From IMG/VR virus record IMGVR_UViG_3300034071_002198, positions 52,673 through 72,672 of that record: a stretch of 20,000 nt of DNA; one strand, written 5' to 3'. This document shows positions 1 through 8,181 of this stretch, piece after piece (position 1 is the first letter of the stretch; every line of letters begins with the position of its first letter). Source of the stretch: an uncultured virus (IMG/VR IMGVR_UViG_3300034071_002198) (taxonomy: Duplodnaviria > Heunggongvirae > Uroviricota > Caudoviricetes). The position numbers were made by a program, and so were the translations under genes. The notes beneath the pieces were generated by a model. That model was not told the DNA's origin. It ran no database searches and saw only the letters and a program-made list of their open reading frames with translations.

Positions 1-1
1 A

Positions 2-274
2 ACTATAGCTTGTTATGAATATATAGCTACAGCAGATCAAACAGATATAGATAATTCTGATAACGGAACTGTTTATTTTGAGTATGTTGATTGTGATGGA
101 GTAACCCAAACACTAACTAGAGGAACAACAACTCCAAGTGATCCGGTATGTGCAAGAAGCGTAGGATCAGTTTATATATTAATAGGAGGAAATGCATCAG
201 CTGCAGGTGGTAGTTCTTGGAGCGTACCTGGTACACAATGTAATCCTGGTGGCGGTGGTGGAGGTGGAGCGTAA
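2..274 (+). CDS. C-terminal fragment of a Cys/Thr/Gly-rich virion (tail fibre/adhesin-like) protein, 5' truncated
   Basis: Frame 2 is open from the window edge to TAA 272-274: TIACYEYIATADQTDIDNSDNGTVYFEYVDCDGVTQTLTRGTTTPSDPVCARSVGSV...CNPGGGGGGGA. Spaced Cys, a Y-x-D-C-x-G motif and a poly-Gly tail are typical of phage fibre domains. Not in the ORF track because it lacks a start. Confidence 0.6.
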   Translation, partial: TIACYEYIATADQTDIDNSDNGTVYFEYVDCDGVTQTLTRGTTTPSDPVCARSVGSVYILIGGNASAAGGSSWSVPGTQCNPGGGGGGGA

Positions 275-314
275 CAACTTTCACAATATTTATTAATATA
301 AATTAAAAATTGTT

Positions 315-1271
315 ATGAAAAATTTACGTTATATTTGTGCTCAACCTAGATTGGTTTATTATGCTTGGCAAGTAGAAGTTATGATTAATAATTTCATTAA
401 GAATGGAATTAATCCTAATAATATAGATATTCTTGTAGCTTGGAATCCTAATGATGATACAAGTAAGCCAGAGACTATTGAGATGTGGAATAAACTTACA
501 GCTCATTATAATACTGTCAGATTCTTTTTTTATGAAGATACTAGGAAAAAGCCTATACACTACATTTCATCCATTAGGCCAAACATACTGAAGCAACACT
601 TTAAAGCTCACCCTGAATTAAAAGACGAGGCAATATTTTATCATGATTGTGATATTTTATTTACTAAGCCTGTTGATTGGACTAATCTATTAAATGATGA
701 TATTTGGTATTTAAGTGATACCAATAGTTATATAAACTCCTCGTACATACTTTCTAAGGGTGAGGATGTTTACAACAAGATGTGTGAGATTGTTGGTATA
801 GATTCAATAGTACCAAAACTAATGAACTCTAATTCAGGTGGTGCACAGTACATACTAAAAAATGTAGGTTGGGAATATTGGACAAAAGTAGAACAAGATT
901 CTGAAAACTTATTTTACCAAATAAATCAACTAAATCATAAGAAGAAAGAAGAAGATCCATCTCATCATGAACTTCAAATATGGTGTGCAGATATGTGGGC
1001 CGTGTTGTGGAACGGGTGGCTTTGGGGTAATGAAACAAAGGTAATTAAAGAAATGGATTTTAGTTGGGCAACAGATTCAGAAGAACGATTTAATGAAACA
1101 AATATATTTCATAATGCAGGAGTAACTTGTTCTTGTGGAGGAAAGTTTTATAAAGCTAACTATAGAGATTCACTTCCTTATAATTTAGATCTTAGAATAA
1201 AAGAAGGAATGGCAAGTTATAAATACTATCAAGAAATTCAAGAAGTAGAAAAAAAATCTTCTTTATTGTGA
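315..1271 (+). CDS. GT-A fold glycosyltransferase, resembling GT96 (peptidyl-serine galactosyltransferase)/GT95 (HPAT)
   Basis: DxD motif FYHDCDILF, N-terminal YYAWQVEVMINNF, central SIRPNIL and WCADMWAV. These parallel the YFDWQ..LMHSF, NKP and W.SEMY motifs I recall for plant SGT1/HPAT. Confidence 0.65.
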   Translation: MKNLRYICAQPRLVYYAWQVEVMINNFIKNGINPNNIDILVAWNPNDDTSKPETIEMWNKLTAHYNTVRFFFYEDTRKKPIHYISSIRPNILKQHFKAHPELKDEAIFYHDCDILFTKPVDWTNLLNDDIWYLSDTNSYINSSYILSKGEDVYNKMCEIVGIDSIVPKLMNSNSGGAQYILKNVGWEYWTKVEQDSENLFYQINQLNHKKKEEDPSHHELQIWCADMWAVLWNGWLWGNETKVIKEMDFSWATDSEERFNETNIFHNAGVTCSCGGKFYKANYRDSLPYNLDLRIKEGMASYKYYQEIQEVEKKSSLL

Positions 1272-1282
1272 TTAAATAAATT

Positions 1283-1858
1283 ATGAAAATAGAATTTATA
1301 ATATCAACTCATGGTAGAGTTAATAACTTAAATATGTCTTTAGGTTGTTTACAAAGTCAAACAAATAAAAATTGGGTAGCTAATATTATAGTTGACGGAA
1401 TTAAAGATCCATACATTGAGTGTGAAAAATATTTTTCAAATGATGATAGAATAATATTTAATTATTTGGAAAAAAATTATAATGACTTTGGGAATACTCC
1501 AAAAAATATAGGATTGCAATCAGCAAAAGAAGAATTAGTTATTATGACTAGCGATGATAATTATTACGTTGCATCTTTTGTTCAAGAAGTATTAAATAAT
1601 TATTCGGAAAATATTAATTTTATTTATTGTGATATGATACATAATGGATATGATTATAAATTTTTTGAAACGTACCACTCATCTCATAGAATAGATATTG
1701 GTATAATGATTATGAAAACAAAATTTGCTAAACAATTAAAATTAACAGAAAACAGAATAGACTCAGATGGAATTTTTTGTCATGAATATACTTCTAAATT
1801 TTGTCAAAATGAAGGGTCAATTAAAAAAATAAATAAAATTTTATATGCTCATAATTAA
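1283..1858 (+). CDS. glycosyltransferase family 2 (GT-A)
   Basis: FIISTHGR...LGCLQSQTNKNW..IIVDG, GNTPKNIGL, MTSDDNYY, IDIG and D-G-x-F form a canonical short GT2 pattern. Confidence 0.85.
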   Translation: MKIEFIISTHGRVNNLNMSLGCLQSQTNKNWVANIIVDGIKDPYIECEKYFSNDDRIIFNYLEKNYNDFGNTPKNIGLQSAKEELVIMTSDDNYYVASFVQEVLNNYSENINFIYCDMIHNGYDYKFFETYHSSHRIDIGIMIMKTKFAKQLKLTENRIDSDGIFCHEYTSKFCQNEGSIKKINKILYAHN

Positions 1859-2720
1859 AGCTCTATACGGAAATAAAGATTGCACTCAACAAATTAAGTC
1901 TAAAATTGTAAATGATAAATTAATAGTTAGATCATGTAACGATATTATAGGTGATACACTTCCTGGAGTTATAAAATATCTTGAAGTAGATATAGAGCAT
2001 AAAAATAAAATTTATAATGAAAAAATTAAAGAGGGAGAGTTATTAGTTTTTCCTAAATCAAAAAATAATAAATTAGGAATTTTTTATTCTAATAATCATG
2101 TCTCTCAAACTTATCCTACTATAAAAAAATCTTTAGATACAATAAAAATAGCATCAGAAGGAAAAGCAGATATTTTAACTTGTATGTGGAATCACGAACC
2201 TGATAATCCATTTCCTGAATTTATTTCTTGGGTAAAGATATCTAGCCACCTAAATCAATTGCTTCAAATAATGCATTTATTATATCAAGCAAGAGAGATT
2301 AATAATTATAATTATGTTTCTTTTCTAGAACATGATGTTCTTTATCCAGAAGGATATTTTGATTATCCAGAAATAAATGATGGAGAAGTTTTAACTAATA
2401 TGAATTATATGGGGATTTGCAGAAGCGGTTGGCAAAGTTTAGGGCAGTTAGATCAACCATTTCATCAAATGACTATGAAATTTTCAGAAGCAATAAAACA
2501 TTGTGAATCTATATTGTCTAATGCGTTAATAAGAAATTCAGGTCTTATAGAACCTCAAAATATTATCAGAAAAACTTGGAATTGTATTAATCCCTCTGTC
2601 CATGTTAATCATGGATATCATTTTACTTCTCACTTTAATGTGTACAGAAAAGATGATATTTTTCACGAACATTCATATTGGGGAATTTTTGAAAACTATA
2701 AGTATTTATTTGAGTTTTAA
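1845..2720 (+). CDS. two-domain protein: N-terminal DUF3395/SUEL-lectin-like beta domain plus GT-A glycosyltransferase domain
   Basis: N-terminus IIKALYG..DCTQQIK...NDIIGDTLPGVIKYLEV resembles the A-x-YG...GDP-x-PG-x-x-K-x-L pattern. C-terminus has VSFLEHDVLYP (ExD/DxD-like). Overlaps the upstream gene by 14 nt. Confidence 0.6.
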   Translation: MLIIKALYGNKDCTQQIKSKIVNDKLIVRSCNDIIGDTLPGVIKYLEVDIEHKNKIYNEKIKEGELLVFPKSKNNKLGIFYSNNHVSQTYPTIKKSLDTIKIASEGKADILTCMWNHEPDNPFPEFISWVKISSHLNQLLQIMHLLYQAREINNYNYVSFLEHDVLYPEGYFDYPEINDGEVLTNMNYMGICRSGWQSLGQLDQPFHQMTMKFSEAIKHCESILSNALIRNSGLIEPQNIIRKTWNCINPSVHVNHGYHFTSHFNVYRKDDIFHEHSYWGIFENYKYLFEF

Positions 2721-2731
2721 TATTTATAAGT

Positions 2732-3031
2732 ATGCCATCTTATTCTGCATATACACTTAATTTAGTAGCCGAGACAACTGTATACCAAAACGAAGTTAGG
2801 TGTAGGGTGAAGGAAAATGATTTTAACTATACGTTAAATCCGAGTGCAAATAAAGCAGGAACCTCAGGTTCTTATATAGATGCAGTAACAGGTTCAGACT
2901 TTCATCCTTATACAACCACAGTAGGATTATATAATGATAAAGATGAGTTATTAGTAGTTGGAAAATTATCTAGGCCATATCCAATTCCACCTAATACAGA
3001 TATGACTTTTATTATAAGGTGGGATAGTTAA
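2732..3031 (+). CDS. small virion tail/baseplate protein (tail-collar-fibre-like domain)
   Basis: C-terminal TTVGLYNDKDELLVVGKLSRP..P...TFIIRWD motif typical of phage tail-fibre attachment domains; preceded by ATATTTAT. Confidence 0.6.
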   Translation: MPSYSAYTLNLVAETTVYQNEVRCRVKENDFNYTLNPSANKAGTSGSYIDAVTGSDFHPYTTTVGLYNDKDELLVVGKLSRPYPIPPNTDMTFIIRWDS

Positions 3032-3041
3032 AAAATAAAGT

Positions 3042-3497
3042 ATGAATAAATGGTTATATTTTGATCCTCTAGGAGTTACTAGAGAGTTTAATTCAATAGA
3101 AGACTTTCCACCCAATACTGTTGGCTTTATATATAAGATTGTCAATCTAGTCAATGGCAAATTCTATATAGGTAGAAAGGTCCTTTTCAATAATACCAAT
3201 AAAGTATTAACCAAGAAGGAGATCGCGGAATGGGACAAACCTGGGCGCGTCCCACGCAAGAAGAAGATCATTAAAGAATCTGATTGGTTATCATACCATG
3301 GAAGTAATAAGCTTCTTAATCAAGAAAGAAAAGAAATAGGGGATGATATGTTTACTAGAGAGATCTTACAATTATGTTACTCTAAAAAACAATTGACTTA
3401 TTATGAAGTATGGTGGCAAATGCATTACAAAGTTCTTCATATAGATTCATATAACGATAATATCCAAGGTAGGTTCTATAGAAAGGATGTAGAATAA
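3042..3497 (+). CDS. GIY-YIG family endonuclease (T4-like phage conserved type)
   Basis: GFIYKIVNLVNGKFYIGRK, ESDWLSYHGS, FTREILQLC and YNDNI motifs. Confidence 0.85.
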   Translation: MNKWLYFDPLGVTREFNSIEDFPPNTVGFIYKIVNLVNGKFYIGRKVLFNNTNKVLTKKEIAEWDKPGRVPRKKKIIKESDWLSYHGSNKLLNQERKEIGDDMFTREILQLCYSKKQLTYYEVWWQMHYKVLHIDSYNDNIQGRFYRKDVE

Positions 3498-3524
3498 AAA
3501 AAGCCCTGGCACTTGCCGAGGGCT
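3496..3524 (-). terminator. intrinsic terminator at the convergence of the + and - gene blocks
   Basis: Minus strand reads AGCCCT-C-GGCA-AG-TGCC-AGGGCT followed by a T tract, 21 nt after the 3546 stop codon. Confidence 0.8.
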
Positions 3525-3545
3525 ATATGTATGGGCTTGCAAAGG

Positions 3546-3785
3546 TTAATTCCAATCAATTATCTTATGTAAGGTATCTTTATCTATATTTGCTTTTAAA
3601 GCTTTGATAACAGCTTGTTCAAATTCAACTCTAGGATATCCTGTATTATCTTCATCTGGGCCAATCTTATCTCCTGTAAGACCTGCTGCATCCAACTGAT
3701 CATTGTCCATATAATCAAATTCTCTTGGACTAATTTCTTTTAGAAGAGGATTGTTTGCTGTAAATTGCTTAAAGTTGAATGCCAT
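3546..3785 (-). CDS. small acidic protein, putative head-internal protein
   Basis: N-terminus MAFNFKQFTANNPLLKE resembles that of the neighbouring gene and ends in L-K-E. Confidence 0.5.
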   Translation of the reverse strand: MAFNFKQFTANNPLLKEISPREFDYMDNDQLDAAGLTGDKIGPDEDNTGYPRVEFEQAVIKALKANIDKDTLHKIIDWN

Positions 3786-3798
3786 ATTATTTTTTTAA

Positions 3799-5430
3799 TT
3801 AGTCTATATTTCTGTAACTAGGATCAGAAAAAGGATTTTTATTAGATTTAGGAGATATATCTTTAATTCTTCTATCAGAAGTTGATAAATATCCTTCAGG
3901 GCTTATTGTAACAGGTATGATATCTTCTTCACGATCAGCACCAGGAACAATTCCAGGTTTTAATCCTCTAAGAACACTATTATCTCTATCTAATGTATAA
4001 GTCATTGTATTAGTACCGAAATCAACAGTATATTCTTCTGAGCCTTCCATTTGAACACCAGCATCATATCCAGCAATTTCTTCATTTTGAGAAAAGTCAG
4101 TAGCAAAGAAGTCAACTATGTCTTGAAATTCAAAACCATCATCAACAAGAGCCTCTATACTATCCTTAACTAGCGGATGTCTTGCAAGAACGGTAAATAT
4201 TGTTCTATCTGCGTATCCTTGTTCTCTAGCACCATCAATAACAGACTTTACTTGGCCAAGACGTGGTTGTATACTTTGATCAATAAGTCCCATCATGCGA
4301 TCAAACTTACCTTGCTCATCTGGCATTAATGAAGGAAATGGATTTACAGAATCATCATAATCCATACTGTCTACTTCTTCTACGCTGTCTTCTTTAACAG
4401 ATTTGTTTTTTACTATATCAAAGAATAATACGTTCTTAGAATCAGTATCAAAATCATCATCTTTAGTAACACTTTGAGGATCTATTTGCCAACCAGGGAA
4501 TTTTGTCTGAAGTAAATTTTTAATATCAGTAAAAGCAGCTTTACTTACTTTACTTTCAATAGAAATTGCAATTCCACCGTCCCCAACAATTTTATTGCCT
4601 ATCCTTGCTACAGTTGGTGCAATTCTTACATTCTCATATTCCTCTTGATCAGGTCTAGCTTTTTTATATCCGTATTTTTTTTGAATAGCAAATAGTTTTG
4701 ACATTAAACTATCTTTATCGCCTTTATCTGCTTCTTCTACAGGACTGTCTTGTACAAATTCATCACCAAAGCCATCCACCTTACTTTCTGGGCCTTCATA
4801 TGGAATTTCTGTATCCAAATACATTTCCTCTTCTTCTCCTAGTTGGTTGTATTCATCTAATCCAGGAGGATTAACAGTCCAAGAAGTCAAATAATTAAAT
4901 GGACCCGGATTTAAAATTCTCTTTTTTTCTACTTTTACCATTTTAGCATAAGCATCTTTAACTTCTTCTGGTGAAATACCAGTTAATTTAAACTCTATCT
5001 CTTCAAATTCATCTTTTATTACTTTAGCGTTGCCTCTGAGACTTTTTACAAATTTTATAAATGTTTTAACGGCAAATCTTTGATCACCATCACTAATACT
5101 TGGATAATCGTAATAAGATAAGGTTATGGTTTCAGAATTTTTGCCTGAGTTCATCTTTTTTTCTTTAAGCTCTTCTATATCCTTAGTGTAAACTTTATAT
5201 ACTTTTCCTATTTTCACTACTTTTACATCTTTATTAGGATTGCCTGTCTTTTCCACTTTAGCAAAACGATCTGCTAATTCTTTGTTCTCCGTAGCTCCAA
5301 AGTCTGCTTGTTCCCAGCCTTCTAGATCTTCTACTTCTTTTAAAGCATGAAGGTCTACATAGCCACCAAGAATAGCATGAGGACCAAGGTGGTTCTCTTT
5401 TAAATACTTTGCAATGTTAAAATCTTTCAT
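3799..5430 (-). CDS. large acidic multi-segment protein, putative protease-processed head-internal protein
   Basis: 543-aa ORF starting MKDFNIAKYLKENHL, with repeated LKE/VEE/VKE/LGE motifs between segments and ATATTTAT 19 nt upstream. Confidence 0.55.
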   Translation of the reverse strand: MKDFNIAKYLKENHLGPHAILGGYVDLHALKEVEDLEGWEQADFGATENKELADRFAKVEKTGNPNKDVKVVKIGKVYKVYTKDIEELKEKKMNSGKNSETITLSYYDYPSISDGDQRFAVKTFIKFVKSLRGNAKVIKDEFEEIEFKLTGISPEEVKDAYAKMVKVEKKRILNPGPFNYLTSWTVNPPGLDEYNQLGEEEEMYLDTEIPYEGPESKVDGFGDEFVQDSPVEEADKGDKDSLMSKLFAIQKKYGYKKARPDQEEYENVRIAPTVARIGNKIVGDGGIAISIESKVSKAAFTDIKNLLQTKFPGWQIDPQSVTKDDDFDTDSKNVLFFDIVKNKSVKEDSVEEVDSMDYDDSVNPFPSLMPDEQGKFDRMMGLIDQSIQPRLGQVKSVIDGAREQGYADRTIFTVLARHPLVKDSIEALVDDGFEFQDIVDFFATDFSQNEEIAGYDAGVQMEGSEEYTVDFGTNTMTYTLDRDNSVLRGLKPGIVPGADREEDIIPVTISPEGYLSTSDRRIKDISPKSNKNPFSDPSYRNID

Positions 5431-5461
5431 TATAATAATTTTACTACTAATAAATATTGAA

Positions 5462-5746
5462 TTACTTATTAAATATGCTTTTGATTATACCATATAGTAA
5501 AACAAAGGGTGCGGCCACAATACTTGCCACTCCTAGGCCTATAAGACCTAGAAAGAAGATCAAGATCATTAGTCCTAGACAAAACCCAACTACTGTTAAT
5601 CCTGCTTCAAAGTTAAGTGGCATCATCAATAATCCTATAGATGCAAATGAGAATAGTAACAGCCACAAAGTCATTAAGCTCCACTTGAGTTTCCAATATA
5701 TGAAAGCAACAATAAAGCAGGCTAGTATAAATAATAGATAAGTCAT
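5462..5746 (-). CDS. small membrane protein (about 3 TM segments)
   Basis: Almost entirely hydrophobic 94 aa, on the same strand as its neighbours. Confidence 0.7.
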   Translation of the reverse strand: MTYLLFILACFIVAFIYWKLKWSLMTLWLLLFSFASIGLLMMPLNFEAGLTVVGFCLGLMILIFFLGLIGLGVASIVAAPFVLLYGIIKSIFNK

Positions 5747-5795
5747 AGTCGTTCGGTTTTTCGCATAGGGGCCCTAAAATATAGTATTTACAAAT

Positions 5796-6305
5796 TTACT
5801 CTAAAGTATCACCAAAGTCACCAGAACTAATAGTCAACTTCTCTCCGAGCTCCTTTATCACATCTATAGCAGTTTGAGAATCAATCTCGAACCCTTCACG
5901 TTTAGGATTAACTCTATATCCTTGATCTTCTAGATGTTGATGAACAGCCTGTTCTAAAATTAGGCTATTAATACATTTGTACTTGAAGACCGAGAACCAT
6001 GGAGTTATCACACCTGTTGCGTAGTTAATCTCCTTTACCCTCTGTCCTACACTAGTAGTAGTCATTCCAATCTTACATATACCAGGCATAGACTTATTTA
6101 CCAAAACGTATACCCATTCAGGTTTTCTGATACTTAGGGTAGGATCAAGTATTCCTTCACCATAATATGTAACGTCTTCCCAACCTTCATATTCAGATTC
6201 TTTACTTGGGGTTAAAGTGAAGGCAACTGCTTTCCTACAACGGTAAGGATCAGAGTCTTCTAACTTAATGTAAAAGTGAGTCAAATCTGGAGATATTCGT
6301 TTCAT
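5796..6305 (-). CDS. T5orf172-domain (GIY-YIG-related) protein
   Basis: WVYVLVNKSMPGICKIGMTT..V.QRVKEIN..TGV..P, LEQAVHQHL and RVNPKREGF. Confidence 0.85.
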   Translation of the reverse strand: MKRISPDLTHFYIKLEDSDPYRCRKAVAFTLTPSKESEYEGWEDVTYYGEGILDPTLSIRKPEWVYVLVNKSMPGICKIGMTTTSVGQRVKEINYATGVITPWFSVFKYKCINSLILEQAVHQHLEDQGYRVNPKREGFEIDSQTAIDVIKELGEKLTISSGDFGDTLE

Positions 6306-6354
6306 CCGATTTATATATTTACAATTTTTGGTGAATGGGAATTTTTCCCGGAGT

Positions 6355-6519
6355 TTAGAATTTCAATTCCATTTTTTTGATAGTAAAAGTGACACACCAT
6401 TTCAAGAACGAAATGTCCAAGAACATATATTCTAATTTACTATCTACATATTCATAACAGATGGATATGGTAGGAATGAAATAGATTGTATTGTAATTGC
6501 TGTTAAAACTAAAATTCAT
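6355..6519 (-). CDS. hypothetical protein (54 aa)
   Basis: Hand-translated as MNFSFNSNYNTIYFIPTISICYEYVDSKLEYMFLDISFLKWCVTFTIKKMELKF; fills the gap directly after the 6522 stop. Confidence 0.6.
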   Translation of the reverse strand: MNFSFNSNYNTIYFIPTISICYEYVDSKLEYMFLDISFLKWCVTFTIKKMELKF

Positions 6520-6521
6520 AT

Positions 6522-6713
6522 TTATTTATTTTCAAGTTCTTTGATCTTGTTTGTTTTTAACCAACAGGTTATAATCCATAGGATAGCAACAACCTGCCAA
6601 CCATAATCACTACCTTCCTTTAGATTGACTGTCATAACCGATGCTGATGCAATTAGGGCAAGAGCCATTAAGATCTTTTCCCATACTTCGAAATGTTGTT
6701 TCAATTTATCCAT
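6522..6713 (-). CDS. small 2-TM membrane protein
   Basis: Two hydrophobic stretches; A-rich start context. Confidence 0.65.
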   Translation of the reverse strand: MDKLKQHFEVWEKILMALALIASASVMTVNLKEGSDYGWQVVAILWIITCWLKTNKIKELENK

Positions 6714-6723
6714 GTTTCTATAT

Positions 6724-6867
6724 TTAAATTTTGAATGTTACAATATACTTTCCATTAGGGGTTTTCTTCATTGTAGCTGGAATAGATATGTTACCGAATT
6801 TGGCGATTAACTTTCCTGCTTCTTCTATTGTGTCAAACAGTTTCTTGTATATGTTTTTTTCTGTCAT
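6724..6867 (-). CDS. hypothetical protein (47 aa)
   Basis: Hand-translated as MTEKNIYKKLFDTIEEAGKLIAKFGNISIPATMKKTPNGKYIVTFKI; tightly packed between neighbours. Confidence 0.6.
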   Translation of the reverse strand: MTEKNIYKKLFDTIEEAGKLIAKFGNISIPATMKKTPNGKYIVTFKI

Positions 6868-6872
6868 TTTAT

Positions 6873-7133
6873 TTAGTTTTTATAATAGATAGCATTCCAT
6901 CTACCATTTTCATTTTTATAGACTCCACAAGTACCTTTACCATTTACCATATATCCATTCCACTTTTTAGAAAAATTAGTGGCATAGTAACCACGGTCTG
7001 GAGAATTATGGTCATATTTGTAGTTATGGCCTTTAGAAATTCTAAGCACTTCTTTGATCATCTCGGTATATGTAAAATTATTACCGTTCTCAATCATGTG
7101 CTCTACAAGTTTTTCTTTTATAGTCTTTCTCAT
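6873..7133 (-). CDS. hypothetical protein (possible winged-helix-like fold)
   Basis: 86-aa ORF with helices followed by a terminal beta-hairpin (VYKNENGRWNAI). Confidence 0.65.
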   Translation of the reverse strand: MRKTIKEKLVEHMIENGNNFTYTEMIKEVLRISKGHNYKYDHNSPDRGYYATNFSKKWNGYMVNGKGTCGVYKNENGRWNAIYYKN

Positions 7134-7188
7134 TTATTTACGTATTTATATTCTTAGACAATTTGGAAATTTTCCCGGTGTGCGTGGC

Positions 7189-7408
7189 CAGTCAACGCGG
7201 GGCCCCCGGCTAGGGCCCTCCTATCTACCATAATTAGGTCATTGCTGTGGTGCTAGCTCCGTGCTAATGGTCAAGAGCAAGCCGCAAGCATGTCGCTCGC
7301 GAGCTCGTCTCTCTAACCAACTAGTTTGAGTAAGCGCTAGCTAAACTCCACAGGCCTTGGTTGATATTGAAGTCCTCTATAGGATTCTTGATCGCCCTAG
7401 CTTGACGG
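7189..7408 (-). other. long imperfect inverted repeat (RNA or ssDNA hairpin) overlapping the 3' end of the DUF932 gene
   Basis: Nested pairs around loop 7290-7294: 7283-89/7295-7301, 7268-73/7314-19, 7252-57/7336-41, 7245-50/7348-53, 7219-24/7379-84, 7209-16/7394-7401, 7191-95/7402-06. G-T wobbles form on the minus strand. Confidence 0.7.
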
Positions 7409-8115
7409 TTGTTTAATTGGAACCCACCCTTAATAAGATTCTCTTGTACGGTATTGTAAGTGTGCCACAAGGTAGGCTGCGCATCGATCTTACGTTTAGC
7501 ATTTAGAATGTCTAGTACCTCGTACTGTTCAGGCTGACGATCATCTGAAAGTCTTAAGGCCAATGCTTCTACAGCAAACTGGTATCTTTGCTTATCAGTC
7601 ATCTCGATCATATTCCATTTGCTTATGGTATTAACTACGCCTTGGAGTCCAGATACCTTCTCATCAATAAGGTTCTTAACCTCTTGGAAGTTCATCTTGG
7701 TGTGGCGCTCTCTAAAGGAACCCATGTCCTTGTCCTTGATAACCAAACCATTCTCACATACAAGACGGAACAAGCCCATCTCGAATTGAATTGGTCTAGT
7801 GCCATCATGAGAGTTGATAAGTACAACCTCAGGCCTTGCTTCGATCTTACCCTGTGGGTCTTTAATGTAGAGGTCAGGGTGTTGGAAGCGGGTGATGTGT
7901 ATGCCCCAATTCTTACGGAGCTCTACGTTAGAACTAGATTGCTTTACTCCTGTCAATACGTAACCCATATCCTGCATGTGGTCGATAACCTCAAACGTAG
8001 GAGTGAACTGGTACTTCGGACTTTTGATAGTCGGTGCAGGTGAAGTAGCAAAGATAGCTGGAGCGATTTGTCTTGCAGTGTCGAGAGAGATAGATGTAAT
8101 AGTGTTCAAATTCAT
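7321..8115 (-). CDS. DUF932/DUF945 family protein
   Basis: APAIFATSP..SPKYQFTPT, HITRF, PEVVLINSHDGT..QFEMGLFRLVCENGLV and LWHTYNTVQENLIKGG. Confidence 0.88.
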   Translation of the reverse strand: MNLNTITSISLDTARQIAPAIFATSPAPTIKSPKYQFTPTFEVIDHMQDMGYVLTGVKQSSSNVELRKNWGIHITRFQHPDLYIKDPQGKIEARPEVVLINSHDGTRPIQFEMGLFRLVCENGLVIKDKDMGSFRERHTKMNFQEVKNLIDEKVSGLQGVVNTISKWNMIEMTDKQRYQFAVEALALRLSDDRQPEQYEVLDILNAKRKIDAQPTLWHTYNTVQENLIKGGFQLNNRQARAIKNPIEDFNINQGLWSLASAYSN

Positions 8116-8181
8116 AACCTTTATTTATATTGTAATTTAATTAATTAATCTGATGTGGTAAAATAATTCTTTGGAGTGGAC

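Noticed and set aside
3042..3497. Intron-encoded or mobile homing endonuclease
   Set aside because: The gene is free-standing with intact flanking genes, no intron structure and no extra DNA-binding domains.
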